This document shows, one piece after another, positions 1 to 14,030 of a DNA stretch of 64,000 nucleotides. A program made the translations under genes and the position numbers. The notes under the pieces are model-generated. The model was not told the origin of the DNA. It worked only from the letters and a program-made list of their open reading frames with translations, and ran no database searches. This DNA is from the human T2T-CHM13v2.0 reference genome, Homo sapiens. The stretch lies in NCBI RefSeq assembly GCF_009914755.1, contig NC_060934.1, one strand, 5' to 3'. The stretch's first letter is position 1, and the number at the start of each line of letters is the position of its first letter.

Positions 1-409
1 CTTTTCTGTAATGGTCTGACCTTTATTGCTTCTGCCATCTAAAATTTGCAGACGCAAAAGGAAGTCTCAAATGTACTGACTTTTTTAGTATATTATCTGA
101 CTACATTGCCTGTCTTTTAAGCAATTCTTCCTTATTCAAGAAATAGTCTGTGGAATTAGTTGCCAATTGTGATAGTTATCTTAAATTTGGAATGAAATTA
201 CTTTTTATATTTTATCCATGTCTATTTCATTTTGGCCTTCGTTTTTACAATTCAAGTTTTTTTTTGTTAGCCTGCTATTGGGACATTGATAGAGATATTC
301 AGAAGCATTTGCTGAAGTTACCATAAATAAGACAGATTAGAGCAGTAATTGCAGGCCAGGAGTTAGGGTCTGACCTTGGTCGAGATATTAGTATTGCAAA
401 ACTGTCTTT

Positions 410-577
410 GACAGCATGGGCAAGTAGTTTAACTCTCTTGCTTCAAATTCTTCATCTGTTAAATGAGGATGTTTATCTCATAGAGTCGTTGGAAAGAATA
501 AATGAGAGAATAAATATAAAACACTGGGAATAGTGCCTGGTGCAAATAAACAATAAATAAACCCTAGCTATCATTAT
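410..577 (+). mobile_element. MIR SINE (3' part)
   Basis: MIR core-like 'gggcaagtagtttaactctcttgcttcaaattcttcatctgttaaatgaggat' followed by 'gaatagtgcctggtgca...agctatcattat'. Confidence 0.75.
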
Positions 578-2512
578 CTTCCAAGACAATTATTTGAAAT
601 ATGATTAAGTTTGAAAACAATTAAAGATATAAGACTCAGTTTCTATAAAAAGACTTCAAAACCATATTTTTTTTCCTAGAAAATAAAGCTGCTCTTGCAG
701 AACTAAAATGTAAAAAGTTCTCAGCATTAGAGGTAAATTAAGGACATATATTGATATTAAAATCTCAAGAAAAAGCCTACAAAAACAAATTATTGGCTTT
801 TTCCATTACATTCACTGAGTTGGAACTTCTGCTTTCATGAATAAGCTCATTTCCTTACACAGTACTTTTTTTAAAGCCAGAAATTAGAAAAACAAATGAT
901 TCAGGTTCTTCCAGTTAATCTCATAAGCAAATTTTATAAAGTAACTTCTAAATGAATGCAAATTCCTTGTCCCATAAACATGCAGTTGTGTTTGTAAGAA
1001 GGTGTGCATATTATCAAAGGGGGTATTAGTGTTTTTTTCAGGTGCTTTAAAATGCTTTATTGGATTTTGAGTCAATATTATATAATATTAGTAATGCGAA
1101 CAATAGAATAACTCCTCTTAGCCAGATTTGATTTCTATTGATTTTAAAATTCTAAGCTGAATGCCCTCTTAAAATTATAAAGGAGCAACTCGGAGGTCAT
1201 CTCTGAGTGCTAATCTGCTGACTTCAGGAGCAAATAAGCGTGAAGTATTGATTTCAACATTAGTATTTGACCAAACCACTGAGGAAACCAGAGCTGGGAG
1301 GCAGGAGGATTCCTATCAGCCATGAAGGGACTCCCAGTTCCTAGGCGCTCTGCTCTGTCATCATCTCCTTTGTAAGCTCTATGATAGGGCAGCTTAAATG
1401 TCTGAATTTTGCAATTCAGGATTTTGACTTCTGATCCGAAATTTGTCCTGATGGCCTAACTTAGATAGAACAGCTTCCGGATTGGCTCCTTTAGATATAT
1501 TTGTTACTTTCAAATCCTGACCTCAATAATTCCAACTCCAGGCAACCTGTTCCTTTCTTCTAATTTCTTCTATTGCTTGAAAAGTTACTTAGTAGGCAAT
1601 GTCATAAATATAATTAGCATAGAAATGTCTAGAAACTTTGACAACGTTTAAATTCCTCTGGTCATATTCATAATGTTTTTGATATTTATAGTCAAATAAA
1701 TAAAAGTGAATCTTTAAGATCTGGATAATTCTTATCTTTTATATTTTTGTATAGATGCATTTCTGTTTTATTTATGCACAAACGTGTTAAGTCTGAAACT
1801 GTAGTGGGTCTGAGGTTTTACCTACTTGCAAACTAACAGGCTGCCTATCTCAATTTCCCACATGTATCCTGACAGAAGACAAAAGATCCCTGGGTCAGAG
1901 ACAGAAATTGAACATGACTCACAGCAAAAGCAGCAGCCTGAACAATTATCCGCATTGCTTACCATGCCCCAGTTCCCAAAGGACAGTGTGATGAGGGTGA
2001 GATGTTTACCCACGAGTTCTGTGGATTGAACTGCAGGAACCGCAAAACTAAGACACTCTGAATTCTTCATCGACTGCTGTCACATTCACCTGACACTTCC
2101 TCTGCTGGGAGAGATGACTTGCCCTCCTGGAATGTAAGCCAAGCCTTCCGTGGCGGTTAGGGAGTATCTCAGCTTCATTACCCTGGGGCATCTCCACCAC
2201 AGGAGAGGTCAACGTTTCATAAGAGATTGCCCTAACATCCTGGTGCTTCATGGAAGTCTGAAGGGTGCACCACCAAACTGTGATCGACATAATAAAGGAA
2301 TGTTTTGCTACATTCCATGATGCATGCTGATATTAAGTAGAAAAGTTAATCGATTCTGCAAGGTCCCATGAGAAAGTAAAGAGATTACAGTCCATGTAGG
2401 AACTTTGTTATATTTTTATCCAAGAAACCAGCATGTTACACTGTGATAAAGGGTGCAATACTAAGGATGTCTTTCAGACGGTACATGTTATGGAGTTTAT
2501 TATAGTGTAGTC

Positions 2513-3074
2513 ATTGTTGACCTATTTTGAGTTATTCTAAGTCTTCGAATTAATGTATTCAAGAGTCTGCTGAAGTTAAAAATTAAGGAATGTCCTTTGA
2601 GGGGAAGAGTTTGAGAGTTTGAGCATGCGACTGTAAAACAATTATGGTCTATGCTTTAGCAGAATACTGTGCCCCTGTCTCCCAGATTAATGTTCCGAAA
2701 TCATACAGGTGTCTTTAAAACATGATTGTGTATGAATAGAGATTACTAGTGATTTTATTAAACTAAGCTATGTATGTTTAATGCAGTATGTTTGAAGCTT
2801 TGGTCAATTATTCAGTTAACCATTGCCAAATATGAAATGATGTTGCTCATGACAGAAGAAATAAGATGAAAAACTGTAACAAGACAGCTTTTAAGAAAGA
2901 GAATCATAACATTTCTTATTGGAAAAGTAGGCAATTTTTTAAATAAAATTTCTACATCTAGAAATTTTATTATACTATTATACTACTATTATGTTATACT
3001 TATTGTTGACTTATTTTGAGTTAATATGAGTCTTCATAATTAATCTATTTCAGAGGATGCTGATGTTAAAAATT
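2513..3074. repeat. Diverged ~73-bp direct repeat, 2 copies (2513-2584 and 3002-3074)
   Basis: Manual alignment of attgttgacctattttgagttattctaagtcttcg-aattaatgtattcaagagtctgctgaagttaaaaatt with attgttgacttattttgagttaatatgagtcttcataattaatctatttcagaggatgctgatgttaaaaatt gives about 84% identity. Confidence 0.85.
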
Positions 3075-3221
3075 GTTCAAAATACCATGTTCAAAATTAG
3101 AGAATATAAAGATAGAGTAATTATTTTTACACAATCAAATGGAAGCAAAATGTAGAAAAATATGTGACATGTTGAGTATAAAAAAACTGGCATCGATTTT
3201 ATTATTTCAAATATAAAATAA

Positions 3222-3590
<369 letters not shown>

Positions 3591-4602
3591 TCATTACCTT
3601 TTGGAAGAAGGGCAACCTGTGGAAATTTTCAACTGAGAAATAAAAGTTTAACAGAATAACAAACATTGGATCCCTTTAATCTCTTAAAGGTTAAATTAAA
3701 AAGAGATAAACATTATTAAATGTCTTCTCTTGATACAAAGAGATCAAGTTCAAAATGATAAGCCATTACGCTGTTTAGAAAAGGTTACGCTTTTCATTAA
3801 AATCCCTAACCACAGAAGATCTGGTAGGATATTTTGGGATTCCTTTGAGGGCACAATGGTAACCATTACCATTTACAGGCCATTTCCCAAAGAGTCAGAA
3901 GATTGCCCCATTCCTCCACTGTACAAACTGCAGTAAATCACCAAGAATAGAAAACCGGGAGATAATTCAGCATACTTTTCATTATTTACCTCCCCAACCT
4001 CCATCACTCTGAATCTCTCTGGTGACGGGAAACCTGTAGCTCATCCAAGAACATGGCTTTCCTGGATTGCGTTAATGTCACTCAACGTCTTTTCCTGTTG
4101 GGTGATCAATGATGGTAGCTTTCTCCAGACATCTTTTCACTCTTAACACATCAGCTACTTGTCCACCCCGTGAACCAGTCACCAAATGTTAAGAGAACAC
4201 AAGGATTGGCTTTTGCATTGGGTAGACATGACCCCAGCACAGTGCCCAGCAGGGATTTGGAGCCCAGCGTGCATTTGCTGAGTGAATGTGCGTGTCCACG
4301 GGTCAGGGGTTGCTATCAGATTCCAACAGAACTGTTCTCTGTTTCACTTCAATCAGTGCAAGACTGGGAAACAGCAACAAGGCCAAGGGCTTCGGAAACT
4401 ACGTAACCAAGTTGCATCCAGGTAAAGCCCCCTGCGAAGGGAACACAGGCCTGCCCCCCTTTCCTGCAGCCCGCTGAGCTTGCCTGAATTGTCTGAATTG
4501 GCTCAAAATTCATTTTCAGACTACATGGCTTTCCTATTGGGTTGACAAAACCCAAACGATAATCTACCAGTGGCTGCATGCTACGGCAGAAACCGGGCTT
4601 AC

Positions 4603-4976
<374 letters not shown>

Positions 4977-6947
4977 TCAGTGGTAAGTTCCGTTTTTTTC
5001 CCCTTATATTTTTATTTGAACTGAAGAGTTTGCCTAAATCTGCATTATTTAGGAACTAACTTTTTACATGTTCTGATATAGATAGTACTATCCAGTTCCA
5101 GAAGAGTGTTTGCTCATAGACATGCCATTCTAAGATATTTTTAATAACATTTTCCATTACATTGTAATAGTTTAATGCCTTAAACAGCTTAATGTCATCT
5201 GTCCTCGTCCACAAACATAATGATTATGTTTCCTTTGTTTCTTCTTGAGTTAAGCAATGCTCTAACTAAAACGCAACATCCATGTTCAGGCCGGAAAATC
5301 CTGCCCCTGCAACATTAAAGAGAAATACGATGTTCCACAGTCCCTATCTCTCTCTTTTCTTTATTTCCTTCGTCTCTTCTATTTTCATTATTCCTTCTGC
5401 TACTTTTATATGAAGCATCATCAATTTATTGAATTTCTTATTAAAAATAAAAAATAAAATATTTTTCCACGTAATACTTTAATTTTAGGCAAAAATATTT
5501 TCAAGAAATCAAGGAGTTTGTTCCCTTTTCTGAGAAAGAAGATTTAGGGAGGGAAAAAAGAGGCTTTGCTTCAGATCACTCACAATTAGTTATTTGTGAA
5601 TTTGTGATTAGAATAGTTTTCTTTCCACTAATAACTCTAGAGTCATCTATTCAGAAATTGAATGTTAAAGGCATATTCTGCTGTTTCAGACTCCTGTAGC
5701 TTCCCTCCCTGTAGTACATAAAGATGTACTTTAAATTTAATGAAAGGAGCAGAGGATTTTGGAACCATTGTCTTCATTCCCGCGGTGGAGCTTCTCTCCA
5801 GGTTGTGGTCAGAGTCAGTCCGTATCAGGGCATCTTGGGAAAGGTGCCGGTAGCTTTAGGGGGACATATTGACTGCAGGAGGCTTTTCAAAAGCTGCCTA
5901 CATCTCTCAAAAGCAGAGGTGACTTTTCTAAGGACCATGAAGCAGAAATAACAACCTCTCTGACAACATGAAGGGGGTAATTTTCAGCTCAGCTAAGTGA
6001 ATGCCCCAAGCATTCAGCCAGGCCCACCTTGCTGGGGTGATTGGTGTCTGCACAGAGCCTGTGTTTTTCCTGCTGCTGCACTCATCTCTCAAACTGCACA
6101 TCTGCGGGGAGGTCCATTATCTTAAAAAGAGGAGAGGGGACTTCGCGTGGTTCCTGCCTTGATTTCACAGTCAGCCTAAAGGTTTCCTGTTCTTAGTCTA
6201 ATAATTCAACACATCACTATGTATAATCTCAGAAAGATCCTCTCTCTACAGTAAGAGTATTTATGCTAATGATGCAAATAAAAGGTGAATTAAAGGTGTT
6301 CTGAACTTTTAACCATGTCTTGCAGACATAAATTTGGGTATTAAACCAGTACCACTCAAATAAAAATGGGAAAAATGACATTTCATTTGGAATTTAAACA
6401 CTGCAGATGGTATCCATAGTTTGTAATTCTGTATGTTTGAAGAGGGCGGTGTGTCCTCCAGCCTGTGTGTGCAGAAGATGTGGATTTTCTTCAGTCAAAC
6501 GTGTGCCTACTTCCACAGCTGTTAGAGCTGCCTTCCATTTTGTGACCCAGGAGCTGACAGCAAATGGCAAAGAATAGCAGCTTTTGTTTAAAATAATCTT
6601 AAAACATGCATTTTCCATGGGTTTCTTATCTCTGGCCCATGTGGGTTTACCATAGAGTGTCAACTTCCCACCCCTGTGAGTTCTTCACACAGAGTCATCT
6701 CAAGGAGCTTTTCCACATTGTTTGATGTTGGCCGACTGGCTTTCCAACATCAACCTGGCTTTGCCACTGGTTTAAAAATAAAGTAAATGTGCTGAAGCAG
6801 TCACGTGTGATTTGATGTTTTCTTCATGACTCTGATTAAGAAAATTGACCACACACAGTGTGCTATATGCACGATTGGGCCCCCTTCTCCGTTTCCCTAC
6901 CTCCACCCCCTTTTCTGTGTGTTTGCACTTCCTCTCACCAATGGGTG

Positions 6948-7687
6948 TGAAATGGGAGAGTTCCCTGATCCCCCTCACAGGATGTGTGACAGGGGTGTGG
7001 CTTGACTGTTCAGTGGCAGCTGCTGCTCTAGCCCCTGATGTTGGGGGGAGCACACAGATGGACAGGTGCAGGAGCTCAAGTGGGCATGCCCTTTTAGCCC
7101 TGCCATCCTGGGATGGCGTGAGTGTTAGCCAGCTCAGCAGACCCTCTGCCTTTCTGCAAGGACAGAGGACCAGTATGACAGCTTTCTGTATCCCGAGCTC
7201 TTGTCCAGCATCCCAGAAGAATCAGATCACACATGGACGGGAAGGAGGATGAGGGAGTTTTATTGAGTGGTTGGAGGTGGCTCCCAGAGGGATGGATGGG
7301 GAGCTGGAAGGGGGAATGGAGTGGGAAGATGATCTTCCCCTGGAGAATGGCCATCTAGCGGCTGGACTCCTCTCCAACCGCTCACAGCCAGACTCCTCTC
7401 TATGTTCAGACAGTCCTCCTCTTCTCTCTTTCTCTGCCACGTTGTTTCACTGTCTGCCTGCTTGTCTTCTCATCTCCTCACCTGCTCATCTGCCTCTGGA
7501 GCCAGGGGTTTGGGGTTTATATGGGTATAGAATGGGGGGCATGGTGGGCCAAAAGGCAACTTCTTGGGCACAAAAACGGAAATGCCTGTTCCCACTTAGG
7601 GCTGCAGGTCTCCAGGCTTGAGGGTGGGGCCTTTGCCGGTGAACTGCTCTCTTCTACCCAGTATTTCCCTGTCTTCTGTTGGTATCA
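6948..7687 (-). mobile_element. ERV1 solo LTR, LTR27/LTR28/LTR1-like
   Basis: Reverse complement starts TGATACCAACAGAAGACAGGGAAATACTGGGTAGAAGAG...GGCAAAGGCCCCACCCTCAAGCC and ends ...GAACTCTCCCATTTCA (TG..CA termini); AATAAA on the minus strand near 7258-7263. Confidence 0.8.
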
Positions 7688-7719
7688 GTAGGGTGTGTTT
7701 CTGCATCAAGGCCTGCATC

Positions 7720-8005
7720 AGCTATGTGACTGCATTTGGTGGAAAGAATGAGGAAAGCCAGACATGCCACTCCCAGCCCAGCCTCATAGGTTCCTATTGG
7801 CACATCCCCCATAACCATGACAAGAACATGCCTAGGCTAGCCCAAAATGCTAGGCCCAGGGTGAGAGACTGCAGAACTCAGCTGCCCCAGCCAAACCATG
7901 TCCTCCATCCACCTGAGCCCAACCAAGATGTCTGGGAACAATGAGTGGTTATTGCTGTATACCCCTGAGATCTTGTTATACAGCAAACACACACTGTTGC
8001 AAATA
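7720..8005 (+). mobile_element. Old MaLR LTR fragment (MLT1J/K-like)
   Basis: 3' end 'ggttattgctgtatacccctgagatcttgttatacagca' resembles MLT1 termini; highly diverged. Confidence 0.45.
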
Positions 8006-8687
8006 ATATGAATTTTTAAATTAGACCATTTAATTTTGCACTTTGTAACTGTCTGACTCCTCACCTGCATGACGCCTCCATACAGCCTTCAACTGCTATG
8101 CAGAAGTGCTCCTTGAAGTGTTGGCCATGTGGGCGCCTGTGTTAACTGAAGGCACAGATGGTGGCTGATCTTCCTATGTCTAGCACTGATATATTCATTC
8201 TGGGGCTTCCCAAATGCTCCCTGAAGGAATAAATGATAGGGTCCCATCAGGTGTAATAATCGTATCTAGGCAAACAAAGCGTAGTGAGGGAAAGGGAATT
8301 TGCATATGTTAAGAAAACAATTCTTCATGTTTACTGCTCTTTAGAAACTCTGGGATGGGAAGGCTCCCTGCCTCTGCCTGTGCACACTGCTGTGGAAATG
8401 TCAATTCCCCAATTAAGTGCTGAAGATGGAGCCCTGCTCAATTCTCCAGAGGAGCCCTGAGCTGCGCTGCCCCGGGAAGGATCATTTTCCTTCTCTGGCC
8501 CTCCCCATTTGGTCTTGTTAACATGTTTACAGCTTCAGTGCTCTGTATGTGATGGTATAGACAAATGTCTTTCCTCGAAGCCTGGGATAAAGGATTTAGA
8601 ATATTGTAGAATAAACATGGGGTGATTTCTAAGGGTCATCTTTTTAGAGCTTTCTCCCTTGATTTGGAGATGTTGGATGTTTTGACT

Positions 8688-9221
8688 TGCGAAAGGTAAA
8701 TAAATCTTGGGACCCTAAAATCACTAAGGCAAAGGCAAAAGTCAAACTGGGAACTTCTTAGGGCAAACCTGCTTCCCATTCTATTCCTATAAGAGATAGC
8801 TACTAAGATAAAAAAGCTACATACCTCCCTCACGAGGAATTTCCCTGTAGACAAGGATGGACAGAACTCAAAGTCACTTCTCTGCTCACTAAGATAAATG
8901 CATATCTGATTGTCTCCTTTGGAAAGGCTAATCAGAAACTCAAAAGAATGCAACTGTTTGCCTCTTACCTACCTATGACCTGGAAGCCCCCTCCCCGCTT
9001 TGAGTCGTCCCTCCTTTCTGGATGGAACCAGTGTACGTCTTACACATATTGATTGATGTCTCATGTCTCCCTTCAATGTATAAAACCAAGCTGTTACCTG
9101 ACCACTTTGGGCACGTGTCATCAGGACCTCCTGAGGCTGTGTCATGGGCGTGCATCCTTAACTTTGGCACAATAAATTTTCTAAATTGACTGAGATCTGT
9201 CTTAGATATTTGGGGTTCACA
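8688..9221 (+). mobile_element. ERV1 solo LTR, MER4A-like
   Basis: Starts tgcgaaaggtaaataaatcttgggaccc; internal tataaaaccaagctg and aataaa; ends ttggggttcaca; flanks gact/ggct (3 of 4 TSD match). Confidence 0.85.
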
Positions 9222-9479
9222 GGCTGATGGCATTGCACCTGGCTTGGGTATTCCTTATGGCCTGGTTTTAAATCCCATGATGCTGGGCAGCTACGCAGAA
9301 TAGCTTGCACTGACAAACCCTTCTTTTTGCTTTAAGTTTTTGGAAAACTTAACAACAGAAAGATGCTCATGTCTACGTTCTCTGTGAAAATCCCCTGACT
9401 CTGCTGAACTGGGCTGGCCTGCAAATCTGTATATGGTGAATGAATCATCGTGGTATCCTAGAACTTGCTGTACTCTCAG

Positions 9480-10131
9480 TGAAGAGGCATCTTTGCCTGG
9501 GGTAATATCAGAGGTTCGTTGCAGCTTGCCAAGGAAATCAAGGACACGTACACGCACAAGGAGTGAGTTTAGGAATGGAAGTTGCATAGGCAAAAGAAAG
9601 AGAAAGGAGAATAGCTCTCTCTCCTGCAGAGAGAGGGGTGCCTGAGTGGGTCTTCCAACCCACAGAGAAGTGCATGGGACTTTATAGACTGGCTTGAGGA
9701 GGTGGTGTCTGATTTCCATAGGGCCCAAAGATTGGTTGGACCAGGTGTGATCTTTACATAAGCGTGAGAGGAAGCTGGTGCCCCACCTTAATCTTTTCTT
9801 ATGCAAATGAAGAAATGGGGTCTTTGATTGGCCAATGCCCTGTTGTCTTCTCCTTACTGTGCATGCGATTGGCCAAAAAAAGAGAAGATGGAGCCGCCAT
9901 TGTTGAACATGCCTGGCTCCCAGGGAGCCCCTTTCCTATCAGCATAGCTGCCGGCATTCACCCTTCAAGTGTCCAGCTTGCTTATCTATGTTTACAGCTC
10001 GATTTTACAGGTTGTTTTTTGTTAGAAAAGAAATTATTTGGGGGCTGCTTTTTATTGAAAAGGAAACCTTACTGAGGGACTCCCTTGCCCTCACTGTTTG
10101 CCTAAGTCATTTCTTTTTATCTCCTGTATGA
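9480..10131 (-). mobile_element. ERV1 solo LTR, LTR9-like (HUERS-P3 group)
   Basis: Reverse complement begins T(C)ATACAGGAGATAAAAAGAAATGACTTAGGCAAACAGTGAGGG and includes AAAAAGCAGCCCCCAAAT and AAAATCGAGCTGTAAACATAGATAAGCAAGCTGG; flanks tcag/ttag. Confidence 0.75.
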
Positions 10132-11292
10132 TTAGTATTATGTCCGCGTGTTCACCTTTTTCCCCTAAATTTGTCTGTAAGCACCTTGTGGAGAGAACTT
10201 TACACATCTCATTTTCCCCATTTTGTCCCACACAAGACTCAATAAATATTCATTAATTACCCCACAGGCCTGTGCCCTATTTCCCTCTGTTAACTTTGTT
10301 TTAATGTCACTGGAAATTGAATGATGCTTTTTGGTATTTCATGTTCAAGAATATTTCTACAATAGTTACTAGGATAATTCTTTGCTGAAGAATGTGACTT
10401 TAAAAAAATTAATTAATTGCCTTTTTAATCAATAATTTTTAAGCATAAAGTAAAAACTCAGAAACCTTTTTCCAGATAAAGAAGAATCAACTCCTACGCT
10501 AAAATGTAGAGAGAAAAAAGCTGACTTTTGACGGCATCGTAAAGTTGGTATTTCCTTGAGTGCGGGAGAAGCGCAGTGGCCACGGCAGGTGATAATTTTC
10601 TTTTCTGGTCCTGCAGGCTGCTCTCCCTTGCCTGGAAAAGCCTGGATTTTCACTTAATTTCTTTTGAAGGGCAGACAAATTATTTCTCAGGTCAGCTAAT
10701 GGTGGCAAAGCATATTTGACAAGTAACCACCTGGTGGGATCAGAGGCTCCAAGCATGTTTTTAAGCTAAACTTTAAAAACCTCTCTCAGCTGGAACCTTC
10801 CCTCCTGCTCAGAGAAGTCTGGCCAGCACCACTGGCTGCAGGAGGCCCTCGAGGCTCAAGTGGACCGAGCGTTTTAATTACTGAGGTCGCCCAGCCCTCT
10901 CGCTTAATGACCAAGACCAAGCATGCGCTTTAGAACCTTCAGCGGTAATCACTCAGCTTCCAGAAAGACAGGAGCCCTCTGAAAAGACATTTGAGAAGCA
11001 GTGACTGCCTCCGACTCACAAAACGTTCCATTCTCTTCTCACAGCTGAATGGCAGTGATGAAAAGTTTGAAAAAAACATCTGTCATGTTAAGATAACATC
11101 ACTCGGGGCAGTGGATAAGCTGAGATTCCTCTTTCTGTCCAAATCTGTTCACCTTAGTACTGAAAAGGTGGTTGTCCTCGTTAATTTTTGGTTTTAATTC
11201 TCCTCCTCCAAATTGAGAAAAAGAAATGAAAGAGCAAAAGATTGCCTTAATTGAGATGGAGTGACAGTGATAAACATATTTACCCAGCATTA

Positions 11293-11649
<357 letters not shown>

Positions 11650-12263
11650 CTATCCCTGATTTTTCTTTTCTGTCATACAAAAGTGAAGAAATGTTTCCAC
11701 AAATGAAAATGCAGTTTCTTTCAATGTAAGTCAGTAAGTATTTATATAGCATTAACTATACTATATTCATTTTGTCAGGTTCCAAGTAAAACATTTAGAA
11801 AAGAAATAAAATATAATACAAGTCTTAAGAAACTGGTGATGAAAGACCTAACAGGTAGGTTCTCTCAAATAAATACACATTTTCAAAGAATATGCACTTA
11901 AGTTATATATATTTCATTTTCAAGATGTGGCATTATATATATAACTAATGCCACATCTTGAAAATAATTATAAGAACGTTTACTTGAGCTTTTGCATCTT
12001 GGATGTACCCCAAATGGCCAACTGCCCTGCTCTCCCATTTGGCCTTTGTCATTGATATTGCTGCAAACTGACGTCTGTGCTGCTCTCGGTCCAGCAGCCT
12101 TCACACCACACAGTCTCCTCTTTGGCAAATGCCGCCCTGCTAAGCCTGAGGAGAAAGGCATTCATGGTAGCAATAAATATGTTCAATATTTCATTGCAGT
12201 TACTCCCTAATCTTTATTTGATATATTGCCTGCGTGTATCAGGTCCAAATATTTTGAAGTTTC

Positions 12264-12658
12264 TGTTGAATCAAGTTTAGCCTAAAGGGGCTTCTATACA
12301 TATTTTAAGTTTGGCCTGAAAGTTTCTCTGTACCTTGTGAACCACAGCCTAAATGGATATGTAGACAGACCACAGCCTATGCTTATGCCAATCACTGAAT
12401 TTTTGCCAATTAAAGGGGGCTGACCATTCAAATAAGGTAAAGGCTGAGCTGTAACCCGTGTGGCTGTCTCTGTGCCTTGCTGCCGTTTTCCGTACGTTCC
12501 TTTCCTTTCCTTTTTCTGTCCAAAAATCTTCTTCCACCCTGTGGCTGCACTGGAGTCTCTGAGCCCAGTCTGGCTGGGAAGGCTGCCTGATTCATGAATC
12601 ACTCATTGTTCAGTTATACTCTTTTAAATTTAATTTGGCTAAAGTTTCCCTTTTAACC
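12264..12658 (+). mobile_element. ERV1 solo LTR, MER57-like
   Basis: Starts tgttgaatcaagtttagcctaaag; contains ttcaaataaggtaaaggctgagctgtaacc; ends aatttggctaaagtttcccttttaac. Confidence 0.85.
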
Positions 12659-13621
12659 ATTCTAAATCTGGGATCTTAAGCTTACTTGAAGCTTATATAG
12701 TTATCTTTTAATATCTTTATGTGTTTACAGTTTATGAATCTCTTTCATACAAGTTATCCCATCTGGAGACCATACATCAATGCTGGAAGTTAAGGAGAAC
12801 AAATAGCATGCTTAAAAATAATCAGGTAAATGACTCAGAGAGGCTAATGCATTCATCCAGGGTGATACAGTTGATGGTCCTGAACTCCGGGGAATTAAAC
12901 ATTCCATTCCAACTTACCTTACTGACCACTGCACATGCTGTGGGACCTACCTCAGTCCCCCATCTCAGGAGGCGTGCCTTACTGCAGACCAGGATGAAAA
13001 AGAATTTGAGATCTTGTTTATTACATATAAATGCAACTAGGATTCGTGATCACATTGATCCCAACAGCACCTCTAGTTCATTTCAACTCTTCCCAAACGT
13101 GCACTTGCATTGCTTTAATGCTTTAAGCAATTTGTCTTGACGGGATATGTTTGCATATCATTTTAAACCTAACCTAAATACATAACATCACAGTGATCAA
13201 AGCACCTTATAATTTGAGGCTTTTAAGTCACTGATTCACATCTGTCTTCCAAAAGTAATACCTAAATAATGGAGTGATTCTTATAACCCAAGCTCTGCTG
13301 GGAAATTCACATTCATTATCTCATTGGTTTTCAAACTTTTATTTTATTTTTAGGAGAAACGGAATTCTATTCTCAAGCAAATTCTTAGGCCAACCCCAAC
13401 ATTAAAAAAAAATTTAAAAAAAAACAAAGCTAATATGATTAAAGCGAGACACCTTGAATCATAAAAGGAAGACCTGGCCTCTCTCACCTTACCTGGCTTT
13501 GTTCTTTCTAACAAGACATGGGACCCCTCACCCAGGCTGCCCTGGAAATCAGAATCCACACAGAACCATCATCTCTGGGGCCAGGCCCAATAATTCACAT
13601 TTCAACACAGCCTTTGTGTTT

Positions 13622-13790
13622 TCTTAAATTCAATTTTATTATGATAGAACATTTAATATGAGATCTACCCTCTTAAAAAATAAATATACAATAGGCTATT
13701 GTTGACCATAGGTGCAGTGCTATACAGCAAATTCCTAGAGGTTATTAATTCTGCTTAATGAAACTTTATGCCTATTAGTGATTTTTATGT
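13622..13790 (-). mobile_element. L1M 3' UTR fragment
   Basis: 'aacatttaatatgagatctaccctcttaa...tattgttgaccataggtgcagtgctatacagcaaattcctaga' matches the reverse of an L1MA/MB 3' end. Confidence 0.75.
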
Positions 13791-13834
13791 ACACATAAGA
13801 TTCAGCACCTCTTTTCTAAAGTGTTTTCTGTAAT

Positions 13835-14030
13835 TTATTGCATATTTCAAAACAGGTTGAAGAGAAGAATTTTAATTTTCCCAACACAAAGAAATGATAC
13901 ATGTTTGAGGTGGTGGAGAATTCCAGTCACAGTGATTTGGTCATGACATATATTGTCTACACATATACAAATACTACACATATCCCCCATATATGTACGT
14001 ATGTACAACTATGATAAATCAACTAAAAAT
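13835..14030 (+). mobile_element. L1MA 3' end fragment
   Basis: 'catatttcaaaac...cccaacacaaagaaatgatacatgtttgaggtg...gtacaactatgataaatcaactaaaaat'. Confidence 0.75.

Noticed and set aside
6772-7944. Dense cluster of overlapping 70-135 aa ORFs
   Set aside because: They lie in the GC-rich LTR27/28-like solo LTR and adjacent MLT1; no env/gag/pol motifs.
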